64,000 nt of DNA, from NCBI RefSeq assembly GCF_009914755.1, contig NC_060931.1; one strand, 5' to 3'. Made by a program: the position numbers and the translations under genes. Each line of letters begins with the position of its first letter. Position 1 is the first letter of the stretch. The notes beneath the pieces are model-generated. The model saw only the letters and a program-made list of their open reading frames with translations, did not search any database and was not told where the DNA came from. This stretch comes from the human T2T-CHM13v2.0 reference genome, Homo sapiens. Below are positions 39,601 to 53,292 of this stretch, piece by piece.

Positions 39601-42600
39601 GACTAAGAAGAGTTCTCAGTAAGTTTTTTGTGTTGTGTGTATTCAACTCACAGAGTTGAACCTTGCTTTAGAGAGAGCAGATTTGAAACACTCTCGCTGT
39701 GGAATTTTCAGGTGGAGATTTCAAGCGATTTGAGGACAATTGCAGAAAAGGAAATATCTTCGTATAATAACCAGACAGAATCATTCTCAGAAAGTGCTTT
39801 GTGATGTGTGCGTTCAACTCACAGAGTTTAACCTTTCTTTTCATAGAGGAGTTTGGAAACACACTGTTTGTAAAGTCTGCAATTGGATATATGGACCTGT
39901 TTGAGGCCTTCGTTGGAAACGGGATTTCTTCATTGAATGCTAGACGGAAGAATTCTCAGTAAATTCTTTGTGTTGTGTGCATTCAACTCACAGAGTGGAA
40001 CGTCCCTTTAGACAGAGCAGATTTGAAACACTCTTTTTGCGGAATTTGCAAGTGGAGATTTCTAGCCATTTGATGCCAACAGTAGAAAGGGAAATATCTT
40101 CAAATAAAAACCAGACAGAATCATTCTCAGAAAATTCTTTGTGATGTGTACTTTCAACTCACATAGTTTAACCTTTCTTTTCATAGAGCAGTTTGGAAAC
40201 ACTCTGTTTGTAAAGTCTGCAAGTGGATATATGGACCGCATTGAGGCCTTCGTTGGAAACGGGATTTCTTCATTTCATGCTAGACAGAAGAATTCTCAGT
40301 AACTTCTTTGTGCTGTGTGTATTCAACTCACAGAGTGGAACGTCCCTTTGCACAGAGCAGATTTGAAACACTCTTTTTGTGGAGTTTGCAAGTGGAGATT
40401 TCAAGCGATTTGATGCCAACAGTAGAAAAGGAAATATCTTCAAATAAAAAATAGACAGAATCATTCTCAGAAACTACTTTGTGATGTGTGCCTTTAACTC
40501 ACAGAGTTTAACCTTTCTTTTCTTAGAGCAGTTTAGAAACACTCTGCTTGTTATGTCTGCAAGTGGATATTTGGACCTCTTTGAGGCCTTCGTTGCAAAC
40601 GGGGTTTCTTCCTTTCATGCTAGACTAAGAAGAGTTCTCAGCAACTTTTTTGTGTTGTGTGTATTCAACTCACAGAGTTGAACCTTGCTTTAGAGAGAGC
40701 AGATTTGAAACACTCTCGCTGTGGAATTTTCAGGTGGAGATTTCAAGCGATTTGAGGACAATTGCAGAAAAGGAAATATCTTCGTATAATAACCAGACAG
40801 AATCATTCTCAGAAAGTGCTTTGTGATGTGTGCGTTCAACTCACAGAGTTTAACCTTTCTTTTCATAGAGGAGTTTGGAAACACACTGTTTGTAAAGTCT
40901 GCAATTGGATATATGGACCTGTTTGAGGCCTTCGTTGGAAACGGGATTTCTTCATTGAATGCTAGACGGAAGAATTCTCAGTAAATTCTTTGTGTTGTGT
41001 GCATTCAACTCACAGAGTGGAACGTCCCTTTAGACAGAGCAGATTTGAAACACTCTTTTTGTGGAATTTGCAAGTGGAGATTTCTAGCCATTTGTTGCCA
41101 ACAGTAGAAAGGGAAATATCTTCAAATAAAAACCAGACAGAATCATTCTCAGAAAATTCTTTGTGATGTGTGCTTTCAACTCACATAGTTTAACCTTTCT
41201 TTTCATAGAGCAGTTTGGAAACACTCTGTTTGTAAAGTCTGCAAGTGGATATATGGACCGCATTGAGGCCTTCGTTGGAAACGGGATTTCTTCATTTCAT
41301 GCTAGACAGAAGAATTCTCAGTAACTTCTTTGTGCTGTGTGTATTCAACTCACAGAGTGGAACGTCCCTTTGCACAGAGCAGATTTGAAACACTCTTTTT
41401 GTGGAGTTTGCAAGTGGAGATTTCAAGCGATTTGATGCCAACAGTAGAAAAGGAAATATCTTCAAATAAAAACTAGACAGAATCATTCTCAGAAACTACT
41501 TTGTGATGTGTGCCTTTAACTCACAGAGTTTAACCTTTCTTTTCTTAGAGCAGTTTAGAAACACTCTGCTTGTTATGTCTGCAAGTGGATATTTGGACCT
41601 CTTTGAGGCCTTCGTTGCAAACGGGGTTTCTTCCTTTCATGCTAGACTAAGAAGAGTTCTCAGTAACTTTTTTGTGTTGTGTGTATTCAACTCACAGAGT
41701 TGAACCTTGCTTTAGAGAGAGCAGATTTGAAACACTCTTGCTGTGGCATTTTCAGGTGGAGATTTCAAGCGATTTGAGGACAATTGCAGAAAAGGAAATA
41801 TCTTCGTATAATAACCAGACAGAATCATTCTCAGAAAGTGCTTTGTGATGTGTGCGTTCAACTCACAGAGTTTAACCTTTCTTTTCATAGAGGAGTTTGG
41901 AAACACACTGTTTGTAAAGTCTGCAATTGGATATATGGACCTGTTTGAGGCCTCCGTTGGAAACGGGATTTCTTCATTGAATGCTAGACGGAAGAATTCT
42001 CAGTAAATTCTTTGTGTTGTGTGCATTCAACTCACAGAGTGGAACGTCCCTTTAGACAGAGCAGATTTGAAACACTCTTTTTGCGGAATTTGCAAGTGGA
42101 GATTTCTAGCCATTTGATGCCAACAGTAGAAAGGGAAATATCTTCAAATAAAAACCAGACAGAATCATTCTCAGAAAATTCTTTGTGATGTGTGCGTTCA
42201 ACTCACATAGTTTAACCTTTCTTTTCATAGAGCAGTTTGGAAACACTCTGTTTGTAAAGTCTGCAAGTGGATATATGGACCGCATTGAGGCCTTCGTTGG
42301 AAACGGGATTTCTTCATTTCATGCTAGACAGAAGAATTCTCAGTAACTTCTTTGTGCTGTGTGTATTCAACTCACAGAGTGGAACGTCCCTTTGCACAGA
42401 GCAGATTTGAAACACTCTTTTTGTGGAGTTTGCAAGTGGAGATTTCAAGCGATTTGATGCCAACAGTAGAAAAGGAAATATCTTCAAATAAAAACTAGAC
42501 AGAATCATTCTCAGAAACTACTTTGTGATGTGTGCCTTCAACTCACAGAGTTTAACCTTTCTTTTCTTAGAGCAGTTTAGAAACACTCTGCTTGTTATGT

Positions 42601-42733
42601 CTGCAAGTGGATATTTGGACCTCTTTGAGGCCTTCGTTGCAAACGGGGTTTCTTCCTTTAATGCTAGACTAAGAAGAGTTCTCAGTAAGTTTTTTGTGTT
42701 GTGTGTATTCAACTCAAAGAGTTGAACCTTGCT

Positions 42734-43415
42734 TTAGAGAGAGCAGATTTGAAACACTCTTGCTGTGGAAATTTCAGGTGGAGATTTCAAGCGATTTGAG
42801 GACAATTGCAGAAAAAGAAATATCTTCGTATAATAACCAGACAGAATCATTCTCAGAAAGTGCTTTGTGATGTGTGCGTTCAACTCACAGAGTTTAACCT
42901 TTCTTTTCATAGAGGAGCTTGGAAACACACTGTTTGTAAAGTCTGCAATTGGATATATGGACCTGTTTGAGGCCTCCGTTGGAAACGGGATTTCTTCATT
43001 GAATGCTAGACGGAAGAATTCTCAGTAAATTCTTTGTGTTGTGTGCATTGAACTCACAGAGTGGAACGTCCCTTTACACAGAGCAGATTTGAAACACTCT
43101 TTTTGCGGAATTTGCAAGTGGAGATTTCTAGCCATTTGATGCCAACAGTAGAAAGGGAAATATCTTCAAATAAAAACCAGACAGAATCATTCTCAGAAAA
43201 TTCTTTGTGATGTGTGCCTTCAACTCACAGAGTTTAACCTTTCTTTTCTTAGAGCAGTTTAGAAACACTCTGCTTGTTATGTCTGCAAGTGGATATTTGG
43301 ACCTCTTTGAGGCCTTCGTTGCAAACGGGGTTTTTTCCTTTAATGCTAGACTAAGAAGAGTTCTCAGTAACTTTTTTGTGTTGTGTGTATTCAACTCACA
43401 GAGTTGAACCTTGCT
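42734..43415 (+). repeat. 4-mer HOR variant, type A
   Basis: Spacing 682; junction 43203-43217. Confidence 0.95.
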
Positions 43416-46400
43416 TTAGAGAGAGCAGATTTGAAACACTCTTGCTGTGGCATTTTCAGGTGGAGATTTCAAGCGATTTGAGGACAATTGCAGAAAAGGA
43501 AATATCTTCGTATAATAACCAGACAGAATCATTCTCAGAAAGTGCTTTGTGATGTGTGCGTTCAACTCACAGAGTTTAACCTTTCTTTTCATAGAGGAGT
43601 TTGGAAACACACTGTTTGTAAAGTCTGCAATTGGATATATGGACCTGTTTGAGGCCTTCGTTGGAAACGGGATTTCTTCATTGAATGCTAGACGGAAGAA
43701 TTCTCAGTAAATTCTTTGTGTTGTGTGCATTCAACTCACAGAGTGGAACGTCCCTTTAGACAGAGCAGATTTGAAACACTCTTTTTGCGGAATTTGCAAG
43801 TGGAGATTTCTAGCCATTTGATGCCAACAGTAGAAAGGGAAATATCTTCAAATAAAAACCAGACAGAATCATTCTCAGAAAATTCTTTGTGATGTGTGCG
43901 TTCAACTCACATAGTTTAACCTTTCTTTTCATAGAGCAGTTTGGAAACACTCTGTTTGTAAAGTCTGCAAGTGGATATATGGACCGCATTGAGGCCTTCG
44001 TTGGAAACGGGATTTCTTCATTTCATGCTAGACAGAAGAATTCTCAGTAACTTCTTTGTGCTGTGTGTATTCAACTCACAGAGTGGAACGTCCCTTTACA
44101 CAGAGCAGATTTGAAACACTCGTTTTGTGGAGTTTGCAAGTGGAGATTTCAAGCGATTTGATGCCAACAGTAGAAAAGGAAGTATCTTCAAATAAAAACT
44201 AGACAGAATCATTCTCAGAAACTACTTTGTGATGTGTGCCTTCAACTCACAGAGTTTAACCTTTCTTTTCTTAGAGCAGCTTAGAAACACTCTGCTTGTT
44301 ATGTCTGCAAGTTGATATTTGGACCTCTTTGAGGCCTTCGTTGCAAACGGGGTTTCTTCCTTTAATGCTAGACTAAGAAGAGTTCTCAGTAACTTTTTTG
44401 TGTTGTGTGTATTCAACTCACAGAGTTGAACCTTGCTTTAGAGAGAGCAGATTTGAAACACTCTTGCTGTGGCATTTTCAGGTGGAGATTTCAAGCGATT
44501 TGAGGACAATTGCAGAAAAGGAAATATCTTCGTATAATAACCAGACAGAATCATTCTCAGAAAGTGCTTTGTGATGTGTGCGTTCAACTCACAGAGTTTA
44601 ACCTTTCTTTTCATAGAGGAGTTTGGAAACACACTGTTTGTAAAGTCTGCAATTGGATATATGGACCTGTTTGAGGCCTTCGTTGGAAACGGGATTTCTT
44701 CATTGAATGCTAGACGGAAGAATTCTCAGTAAATTCTTTGTGTTGTGTGCATTCAACTCACAGAGTGGAACGTCCCTTTAGACAGAGCAGATTTGAAACA
44801 CTTTTTGGCGGAATTTGCAAGTGGAGATTTCTAGCCATTTGATGCCAACAGTAGAAAGGGAAATATCTTCAAATAAAAACCAGACAGAATCATTCTCAGA
44901 AAATTCTTTGTGATGTGTGCGTTCAACTCACATAGTTTAACCTTTCTTTTCATAGAGCAGTTTGGAAACACTCTGTTTGTAAAGTCTGCAAGTGGATCTA
45001 TGCACCGCATTGAGGCCTTCGTTGGAAACGGGATTTCTTCATTTCATGCTAGACAGAAGAATTCTCAGTAACTTCTTTGTGCTGTGTGTATTCAACTCAC
45101 AGAGTGGAACGTCCCTTTACACAGAGCAGATTTGAAACACTCGTTTTGTGGAGTTTGCAAGTGGAGATTTCAAGCGATTTGATGCCAACAGTAGAAAAGG
45201 AAGTATCTTCAAATAAAAACTAGACAGAATCATTCTCAGAAACTACTTTGTGATGTGTGCCTTCAACTCACAGAGTTTAACCTTTCTTTTCTTAGAGCAG
45301 CTTAGAAACACTCTGCTTGTTATGTCTGCAAGTGGATATTTGGACCTCTTTGAGGCCTTCGTTGCAAACGGGGTTTCTTCCTTTCATGCTAGACTAAGAA
45401 GAGTTCTCAGTAACTTTTTTGTGTTGTGTGTATTCAACTCACAGAGTTGAACCTTGCTTTAGAGAGAGCAGATTTGAAACACTCTTGCTGTGGCATTTTC
45501 AGGTGGAGATTTCAAGCGATTTGAGGACAATTGCAGAAAAGGAAATATCTTCGTATAATAACCAGACAGAATCATTCTCAGAAAGTGCTTTGTGATGTGT
45601 GCGTTCAACTCACAGAGTTTAACCTTTCTTTTCATAGAGGAGTTTGGAAACACACTGTTTGTAAAGTCTGCAATTGGATATATGGACCTGTTTGAGGCCT
45701 CCGTTGGAAACGGGATTTCTTCATTGAATGCTAGACGGAAGAATTCTCAGTAAATTCTTTGTGTTGTGTGCATTCAACTCACAGAGTGGAACGTCCCTTT
45801 AGACAGAGCAGATTTGAAACACTCTTTTTGCGGAATTTGCAAGTGGAGATTTCTAGCCATTTGATGCCAACAGTAGAAAGGGAAATATCTTCAAATAAAA
45901 ACCAGACAGAATCATTCTCAGAAAATTCTTTGTGATGTGTGCGTTCAACTCACATAGTTTAACCTTTCTTTTCATAGAGCAGTTTGGAAACACTCTGTTT
46001 GTAAAGTCTGCAAGTGGATATATGGACCGCATTGAGGCCTTCGTTGGAAACGGGATTTCTTCATTTCATGCTAGACAGAAGAATTCTCAGTAACTTCTTT
46101 GTGCTGTGTGTATTCAACTCACAGAGTGGAACGTCCCTTTACACAGAGCAGATTTGAAACACTCGTTTTGTGGAGTTTGCAAGTGGAGATTTCAAGCGAT
46201 TTGATGCCAACAGTAGAAAAGGAAGTATCTTCAAATAAAAACTAGACAGAATCATTCTCAGAAACTACTTTGTGATGTGTGCCTTCAACTCACAGAGTTT
46301 AACCTTTCTTTTCTTAGAGCAGCTTAGAAACACTCTGCTTGTTATGTCTGCAAGTGGATATTTGGACCTCTTTGAGGCCTTCGTTGCAAACGGGGTTTCT

Positions 46401-49400
46401 TCCTTTAATGCTAGACTAAGAAGAGTTCTCAGTAACTTTTTTGTGTTGTGTGTATTCAACTCACAGAGTTGAACCTTGCTTTAGAGAGAGCAGATTTGAA
46501 ACACTCTTGCTGTGGCATTTTCAGGTGGAGATTTCAAGCGATTTGAGGACAATTGCAGAAAAGGAAATATCTTCGTATAATAACCAGACAGAATCATTCT
46601 CAGAAAGTGCTTTGTGATGTGTGCGTTCAACTCACAGAGTTTAACCTTTCTTTTCATAGAGGAGTTTGGAAACACACTGTTTGTAAAGTCTGCAATTGGA
46701 TATATGGACCTGTTTGAGGCCTTCGTTGGAAACGGGATTTCTTCATTGAATGCTAGACGGAAGAATTCTCAGTAAATTCTTTGTGTTGTGTGCATTCAAC
46801 TCACAGAGTGGAACGTCCCTTTAGACAGAGCAGATTTGAAACACTTTTTGGCGGAATTTGCAAGTGGAGATTTCTAGCCATTTGATGCCAACAGTAGAAA
46901 GGGAAATATCTTCAAATAAAAACCAGACAGAATCATTCTCAGAAAATTCTTTGTGATGTGTGCGTTCAACTCACATAGTTTAACCTTTCTTTTCATAGAG
47001 CAGTTTGGAAACACTCTGTTTGTAAAGTCTGCAAGTGGATCTATGCACCGCATTGAGGCCTTCGTTGGAAACGGGATTTCTTCATTTCATGCTAGACAGA
47101 AGAATTCTCAGTAACTTCTTTGTGCTGTGTGTATTCAACTCACAGAGTGGAACGTCCCTTTACACAGAGCAGATTTGAAACACTCGTTTTGTGGAGTTTG
47201 CAAGTGGAGATTTCAAGCGATTTGATGCCAACAGTAGAAAAGGAAGTATCTTCAAATAAAAACTAGACAGAATCATTCTCAGAAACTACTTTGTGATGTG
47301 TGCCTTCAACTCACAGAGTTTAACCTTTCTTTTCTTAGAGCAGCTTAGAAACACTCTGCTTGTTATGTCTGCAAGTTGATATTTGGACCTCTTTGAGGCC
47401 TTCGTTGCAAACGGGGTTTCTTCCTTTAATGCTAGACTAAGAAGAGTTCTCAGTAACTTTTTTGTGTTGTGTGTATTCAACTCACAGAGTTGAACCTTGC
47501 TTTAGAGAGAGCAGATTTGAAACACTCTTGCTGTGGCATTTTCAGGTGGAGATTTCAAGCGATTTGAGGACAATTGCAGAAAAGGAAATATCTTCGTATA
47601 ATAACCAGACAGAATCATTCTCAGAAAGTGCTTTGTGATGTGTGCGTTCAACTCACAGAGTTTAACCTTTCTTTTCATAGAGGAGTTTGGAAACACACTG
47701 TTTGTAAAGTCTGCAATTGGATATATGGACCTGTTTGAGGCCTTCGTTGGAAACGGGATTTCTTCATTGAATGCTAGACGGAAGAATTCTCAGTAAATTC
47801 TTTGTGTTGTGTGCATTCAACTCACAGAGTGGAACGTCCCTTTAGACAGAGCAGATTTGAAACACTTTTTGGCGGAATTTGCAAGTGGAGATTTCTAGCC
47901 ATTTGATGCCAACAGTAGAAAGGGAAATATCTTCAAATAAAAAGCAGACAGAATCATTCTCAGAAAATTCTTTGTGATGTGTGTGTTCAACTCACATAGT
48001 TTAACCTTTCTTTTCATAGAGCAGTTTGGAAACACTCTGTTTGTAAAGTCTGCAAGTGGATATATGGACCGCATTGAGACCTTCGTTGGAAACGGGATTT
48101 CTTCATTTCATGCTAGACAGAAGAATTCTCAGTAACTTCTTTGTGCTGTGTGTATTCAACTCACAGAGTGGAACGTCCCTTTGCACAGAGCAGATTTGAA
48201 ACACTCTTTTTGTGGAGTTTGCAAGTGGAGATTTCAAGCGATTTGATGCCAACAGTAGAAAAGGAAATATCTTCAAATAAAAACTAGACAGAATCATTCT
48301 CAGAAACTACTTTGTGATGTGTGCCTTTAACTCACAGAGTTTAACCTTTCTTTTCTTAGAGCAGTTTAGAAACACTCTGCTTGTTATGTCTGCAAGTGGA
48401 TATTTGGACCTCTTTGAGGCCTTCGTTGCAAACGGGGTTTCTTCCTTTAATGCTAGACTAAGAAGAGTTCTCAGTAACTTTTTTGTGTTGTGTGTATTCA
48501 ACTCACAGAGTTGAACCTTGCTTTAGAGAGAGCAGATTTGAAACACTCTCGCTGTGGAATTTTCAGGTGGAGATTTCAAGCGATTTGAGGACAATTGCAG
48601 AAAAGGAAATATCTTCGTATAATTACCAGACAGAATCATTCTCAGAAAGTGCTTTGGGTTGTGTGCGTTCAACTCACAGAGTTTAACCTTTCTTTTCATA
48701 GAGGAGTTTGGAAACACACTGTTTGTAAAGTCTGCAATTGGATATATGGACCTGTTTGAGGCCTCCGTTGGAAACGGGATTTCTTCATTGAATGCTAGAC
48801 GGAAGAATTCTCAGTAAATTCTTTGTGTTGTGTGCATTGAACTCACAGAGTGGAACGTCCCTTTAGACAGAGCAGATTTGAAACACTCTTTTTGCGGAAT
48901 TTGCAAGTGGAGATTTCTAGCCATTTGATGCCAACAGTAGAAAGGGAAATATCTTCAAATAAAAACCAGACAGAATCATTCTCAGAAAATTCTTTGTGAT
49001 GTGTGCGTTCAACTCACATAGTTTAACCTTTCTTTTCATAGAGCAGTTTGGAAACACTCTGTTTGTAAAGTCTGCAAGTGGATATATGGACCGCATTGAG
49101 GCCTTCGTTGGAAAGGGGATTTCTTCATTTCATGCTAGACAGAAGAATTCTCAGTAACTTCTTTGTGCTGTGTGTATTCAACTCACAGAGTGGAACATTC
49201 CTTTGCACAGAGCAGATTTGAAACACTCTTTTTGTGGAGTTTGCAAGTGGAGATTTCAAGCGATTTGATGCCAACAGTAGAAAAGGAAATATCTTCAAAT
49301 AAAAACTAGACAGAATCATTCTCAGAAACTACTTTGTGATGTGTGCCTTCAACTCACAGAGTTTAACCTTTCTTTTCTTAGAGCAGTTTAGAATCACTCT

Positions 49401-52400
49401 GCTTGTTATGTCTGCAAGTGGATATTTGGACCTCTTTGAGGCCTTCGTTGCAAACGGGGTTTCTTCCTTTAATGCTAGACTAAGAAGAGTTCTCAGTAAC
49501 TTTTTTGTGTTGTGTGTATTCAACTCACAGAGTTGAACCTTGCTTTAGAGAGAGCAGATTTGAAACACTCTCGCTGTGGCATTTTCAGGTGGAGATTTCA
49601 AGCGATTTGAGGACAATTGCAGAAAAGGAAATATCTTCGTATAATAACCAGACAGAATCATTCTCAGAAAGTGCTTTGTGATGTGTGCGTTCAACTCACA
49701 GAGTTTAACCTTTCTTTTCATAGAGGAGTTTGGAAACACACTGTTTGTAAAGTCTGCAAGTGGATATATGGACCTGTTTGAGGCCTTCGTTGGAAACGGG
49801 ATTTCTTCATTGAATGCTAGACGGAAGAATTCTCAGTAAATTCTTTGTGTTGTGTGCATTCAACTCACAGAGTGGAACGTCCCTTTAGACAGAGCAGATT
49901 TGAAACACTCTTTTTGCGGAATTTGCAAGTGGAGATTTCTAGCCATTTGATGCCAACAGTAGAAAGGGAAATATCTTCAAATAAAAACCAGACAGAATCA
50001 TTCTCAGAAAATTCTTTGTGATGTGTGCGTTCAACTCACATAGTTTAACCTTTCTTTTCATAGAGCAGTTTGGAAACACTCTGTTTGTAAAGTCTGCAAG
50101 TGGATATATGGACCGCATTGAGGCCTTCGTTGGAAACGGGATTTCTTCATTTCATGCTAGACAGAAGAATTCTCAGTAACTTCTTTGTGCTGTGTGTATT
50201 CAACTCACAGAGTGGAACGTCCCTTTACACAGAGCAGATTTGAAACACTCTTTTTGTGGAGTTTGCAAGTGGAGATTTCAAGCGATTTGATGCCAACAGT
50301 AGAAAAGGAAATATCTTCAAATAAAAACTAGACAGAATCATTCTCAGAAACTACTTTGTGATGTGTGCCTTCAACTCACAGAGTTCAACCTTTCTTTTCT
50401 TAGAGCAGTTTAGAAACACTCTGCTTCTTATGTCTGCAAGTGGATATTTGGACCTCTTTGAGGCCTTCGTTGCAAACGGGGTTTCTTCCTTTAATGCTAG
50501 ACTAAGAAGAGTTCTCAGTAACTTTTTTGTGTTGTGTGTATTCAACTCAGAGAGTTGAACCTTGCTTTAGAGAGAGCAGATTTGAAACACTCTCGCTGTG
50601 GAATTTTCAGGTGGAGATTTCAAGCGATTTGAGGACAATTGCAGAAAAGGAAATATCTTCGTATAATAACCAGACAGAATCATTCTCAGAAAGTGCTTTG
50701 TGATGTGTGCGTTCAACTCACAGAGTTTAACCTTTCTTTTCATAGAGGAGTTTGGAAACACACTGTTTGTAAAGTCTGCAATTGGATATATGGACCTGTT
50801 TGAGGCCTTCGTTGGAAACGGGATTTCTTCATTGAATGCTAGACGGAAGGATTCTCAGTAAATTCTTTGTGTTGTGTGCATTCAACTCACAGAGTGGAAC
50901 GTCCCTTTAGACAGAGCAGATTTGAAACACTCTTTTTGCGGAATTTGCAAGTGGAGATTTCTAGCCATTTGATGCCAACAGTAGAAAGGGAAATATCTTC
51001 AAATAAAAACCAGACAGAATCATTCTCAGAAAATTCTTTGTGATGTGTGCGTTCAACTCACATAGTTTAACCTTTCTTTTCATAGAGCAGTTTGGAAACA
51101 CTCTGTTTGTAAAGTCTGCAAGTGGATATATGGACCGCATTGAGGCCTTCGTTGGAAACGGGATTTCTTCATTTCATACTAGACAGAAGAATTCTCAGTA
51201 ACTTCTTTGTGCTGTGTGTATTCAACTCACAGAGTGGAACGTCCCTTTGCACAGAGCAGATTTGAAACACTCTTTTTGTGGAGTTTGCAAGTGGAGATTT
51301 CAAGCGATTTGATGCCAACAGTAGAAAAGGAAATATCTTCAAATAAAAACTAGACAGAATCATTCTCAGAAACTACTTTGTGATGTGTGCCTTTAACTCA
51401 CAGAGTTTAACCTTTCTTTTCTTAGAGCAGTTTAGAAACACTCTGCTTGTTATGTCTGCAAGTGGATATTTGGACCTCTTTGAGGCCTTCGTTGCAAACG
51501 GGGTTTCTTCCTTTAATGCTAGACTAAGAAGAGTTCTCAGTAACTTTTTTGTGTTGTGTGTATTCAACTCACAGAGTTGAACCTTGCTTTAGAGAGAGCA
51601 GATTTGAAACACTCTTGCTGTGGCATTTTCAGGTGGAGATTTCAAGCGATTTGAGGACAATTGCAGAAAAGGAAATATCTTCGTATAATAACCAGACAGA
51701 ATCATTCTCAGAAAGTGCTTTGTGATGTGTGCGTTCAACTCACAGAGTTTAACCTTTCTTTTCATAGAGGAGTTTGGAAACACACTGTTTGTAAAGTCTG
51801 CAATTGGATATATGGACCTGTTTGAGGCCTCCGTTGGAAACGGGATTTCTTCATTGAATGCTAGACGGAAGAATTCTCAGTAAATTCTTTGTGTTGTGTG
51901 CATTCAACTCACAGAGTGGAACGTCCCTTTAGACAGAGCAGATTTGAAACACTCTTTTTGCGGAATTTGCAAGTGGAGATTTCTAGCCATTTGATGCCAA
52001 CAGTAGAAAGGGAAATATCTTCAAATAAAAACCAGACAGAATCATTCTCAGAAAATTCTTTGTGATGTGTGCGTTCAACTCACATAGTTTAACCTTTCTT
52101 TTCATAGAGCAGTTTGGAAACACTCTGTTTGTAAAGTCTGCAAGTGGATATATGGACCGCATTGAGGCCTTCGTTGGAAACGGGATTTCTTCATTTCATG
52201 CTAGACAGAAGAATTCTCAGTAACTTCTTTGTGCTGTGTGTATTCAACTCACAGAGTGGAACGTCCCTTTGCACAGAGCAGATTTGAAACACTCTTTTTG
52301 TGGAGTTTGCAAGTGGAGATTTCAAGCGATTTGATGCCAACAGTAGAAAAGGAAATATCTTCAAATAAAAACTAGACAGAATCATTCTCAGAAACTACTT

Positions 52401-52610
52401 TGTGATGTGTGCCTTCAACTCACAGAGTTTAACCTTTCTTTTCTTAGAGCAGTTTAGAAACACTCTGCTTGTTATGTCTGCAAGTGGATATTTGGACCTC
52501 TTTGAGGCCTTCGTTGCAAACGGGGTTTCTTCCTTTAATGCTAGACTAAGAAGAGTTCTCAGTAACTTTTTTGTGTTGTGTGTATTCAACTCACAGAGTT
52601 GAACCTTGCT

Positions 52611-53292
52611 TTAGAGAGAGCAGATTTGAAACACTCTTGCTGTGGCATTTTCAGGTGGAGATTTCAAGCGATTTGAGGACAATTGCAGAAAAGGAAATAT
52701 CTTCGTATAATAACCAGACAGAATCATTCTCAGAAAGTGCTTTGTGATGTGTGCGTTCAACTCACAGAGTTTAACCTTTCTTTTCATAGAGGAGCTTCGA
52801 AACACACTGTTTGTAAAGTCTGCAATTGGATATATGGACCACATTGAGGCCTCCGTTGGAAACGGGATTTCTTCATTGAATGCTAGACGGAAGAATTCTC
52901 AGTAAATTCTTTGTGTTGTGTGCATTGAACTCACAGAGTGGAACGTCCCTTTACACAGAGCAGATTTGAAACACTCTTTTTGCGGAATTTGCAAGTGGAG
53001 ATTTCTAGCCATTTGATGCCAACAGTAGAAAGGGAAATATCTTCAAATAAAAACCAGACAGAATCATTCTCAGAAAATTCTTTGTGATGTGTGCCTTCAA
53101 CTCACAGAGTTTAACCTTTCTTTTCTTAGAGCAGTTTAGAAACACTCTGCTTGTTATGTCTGCAAGTGGATATTTGGACCTCTTTGAGGCCTTCGTTGCA
53201 AACGGGGTTTTTTCCTTTAATGCTAGACTAAGAAGAGTTCTCAGTAACTTTTTTGAGTTGTGTGTATTCAACTCACAGAGTTGAACCTTGCT
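52611..53292 (+). repeat. 4-mer HOR variant, type A
   Basis: Spacing 682; junction 53080-53094. Confidence 0.95.
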
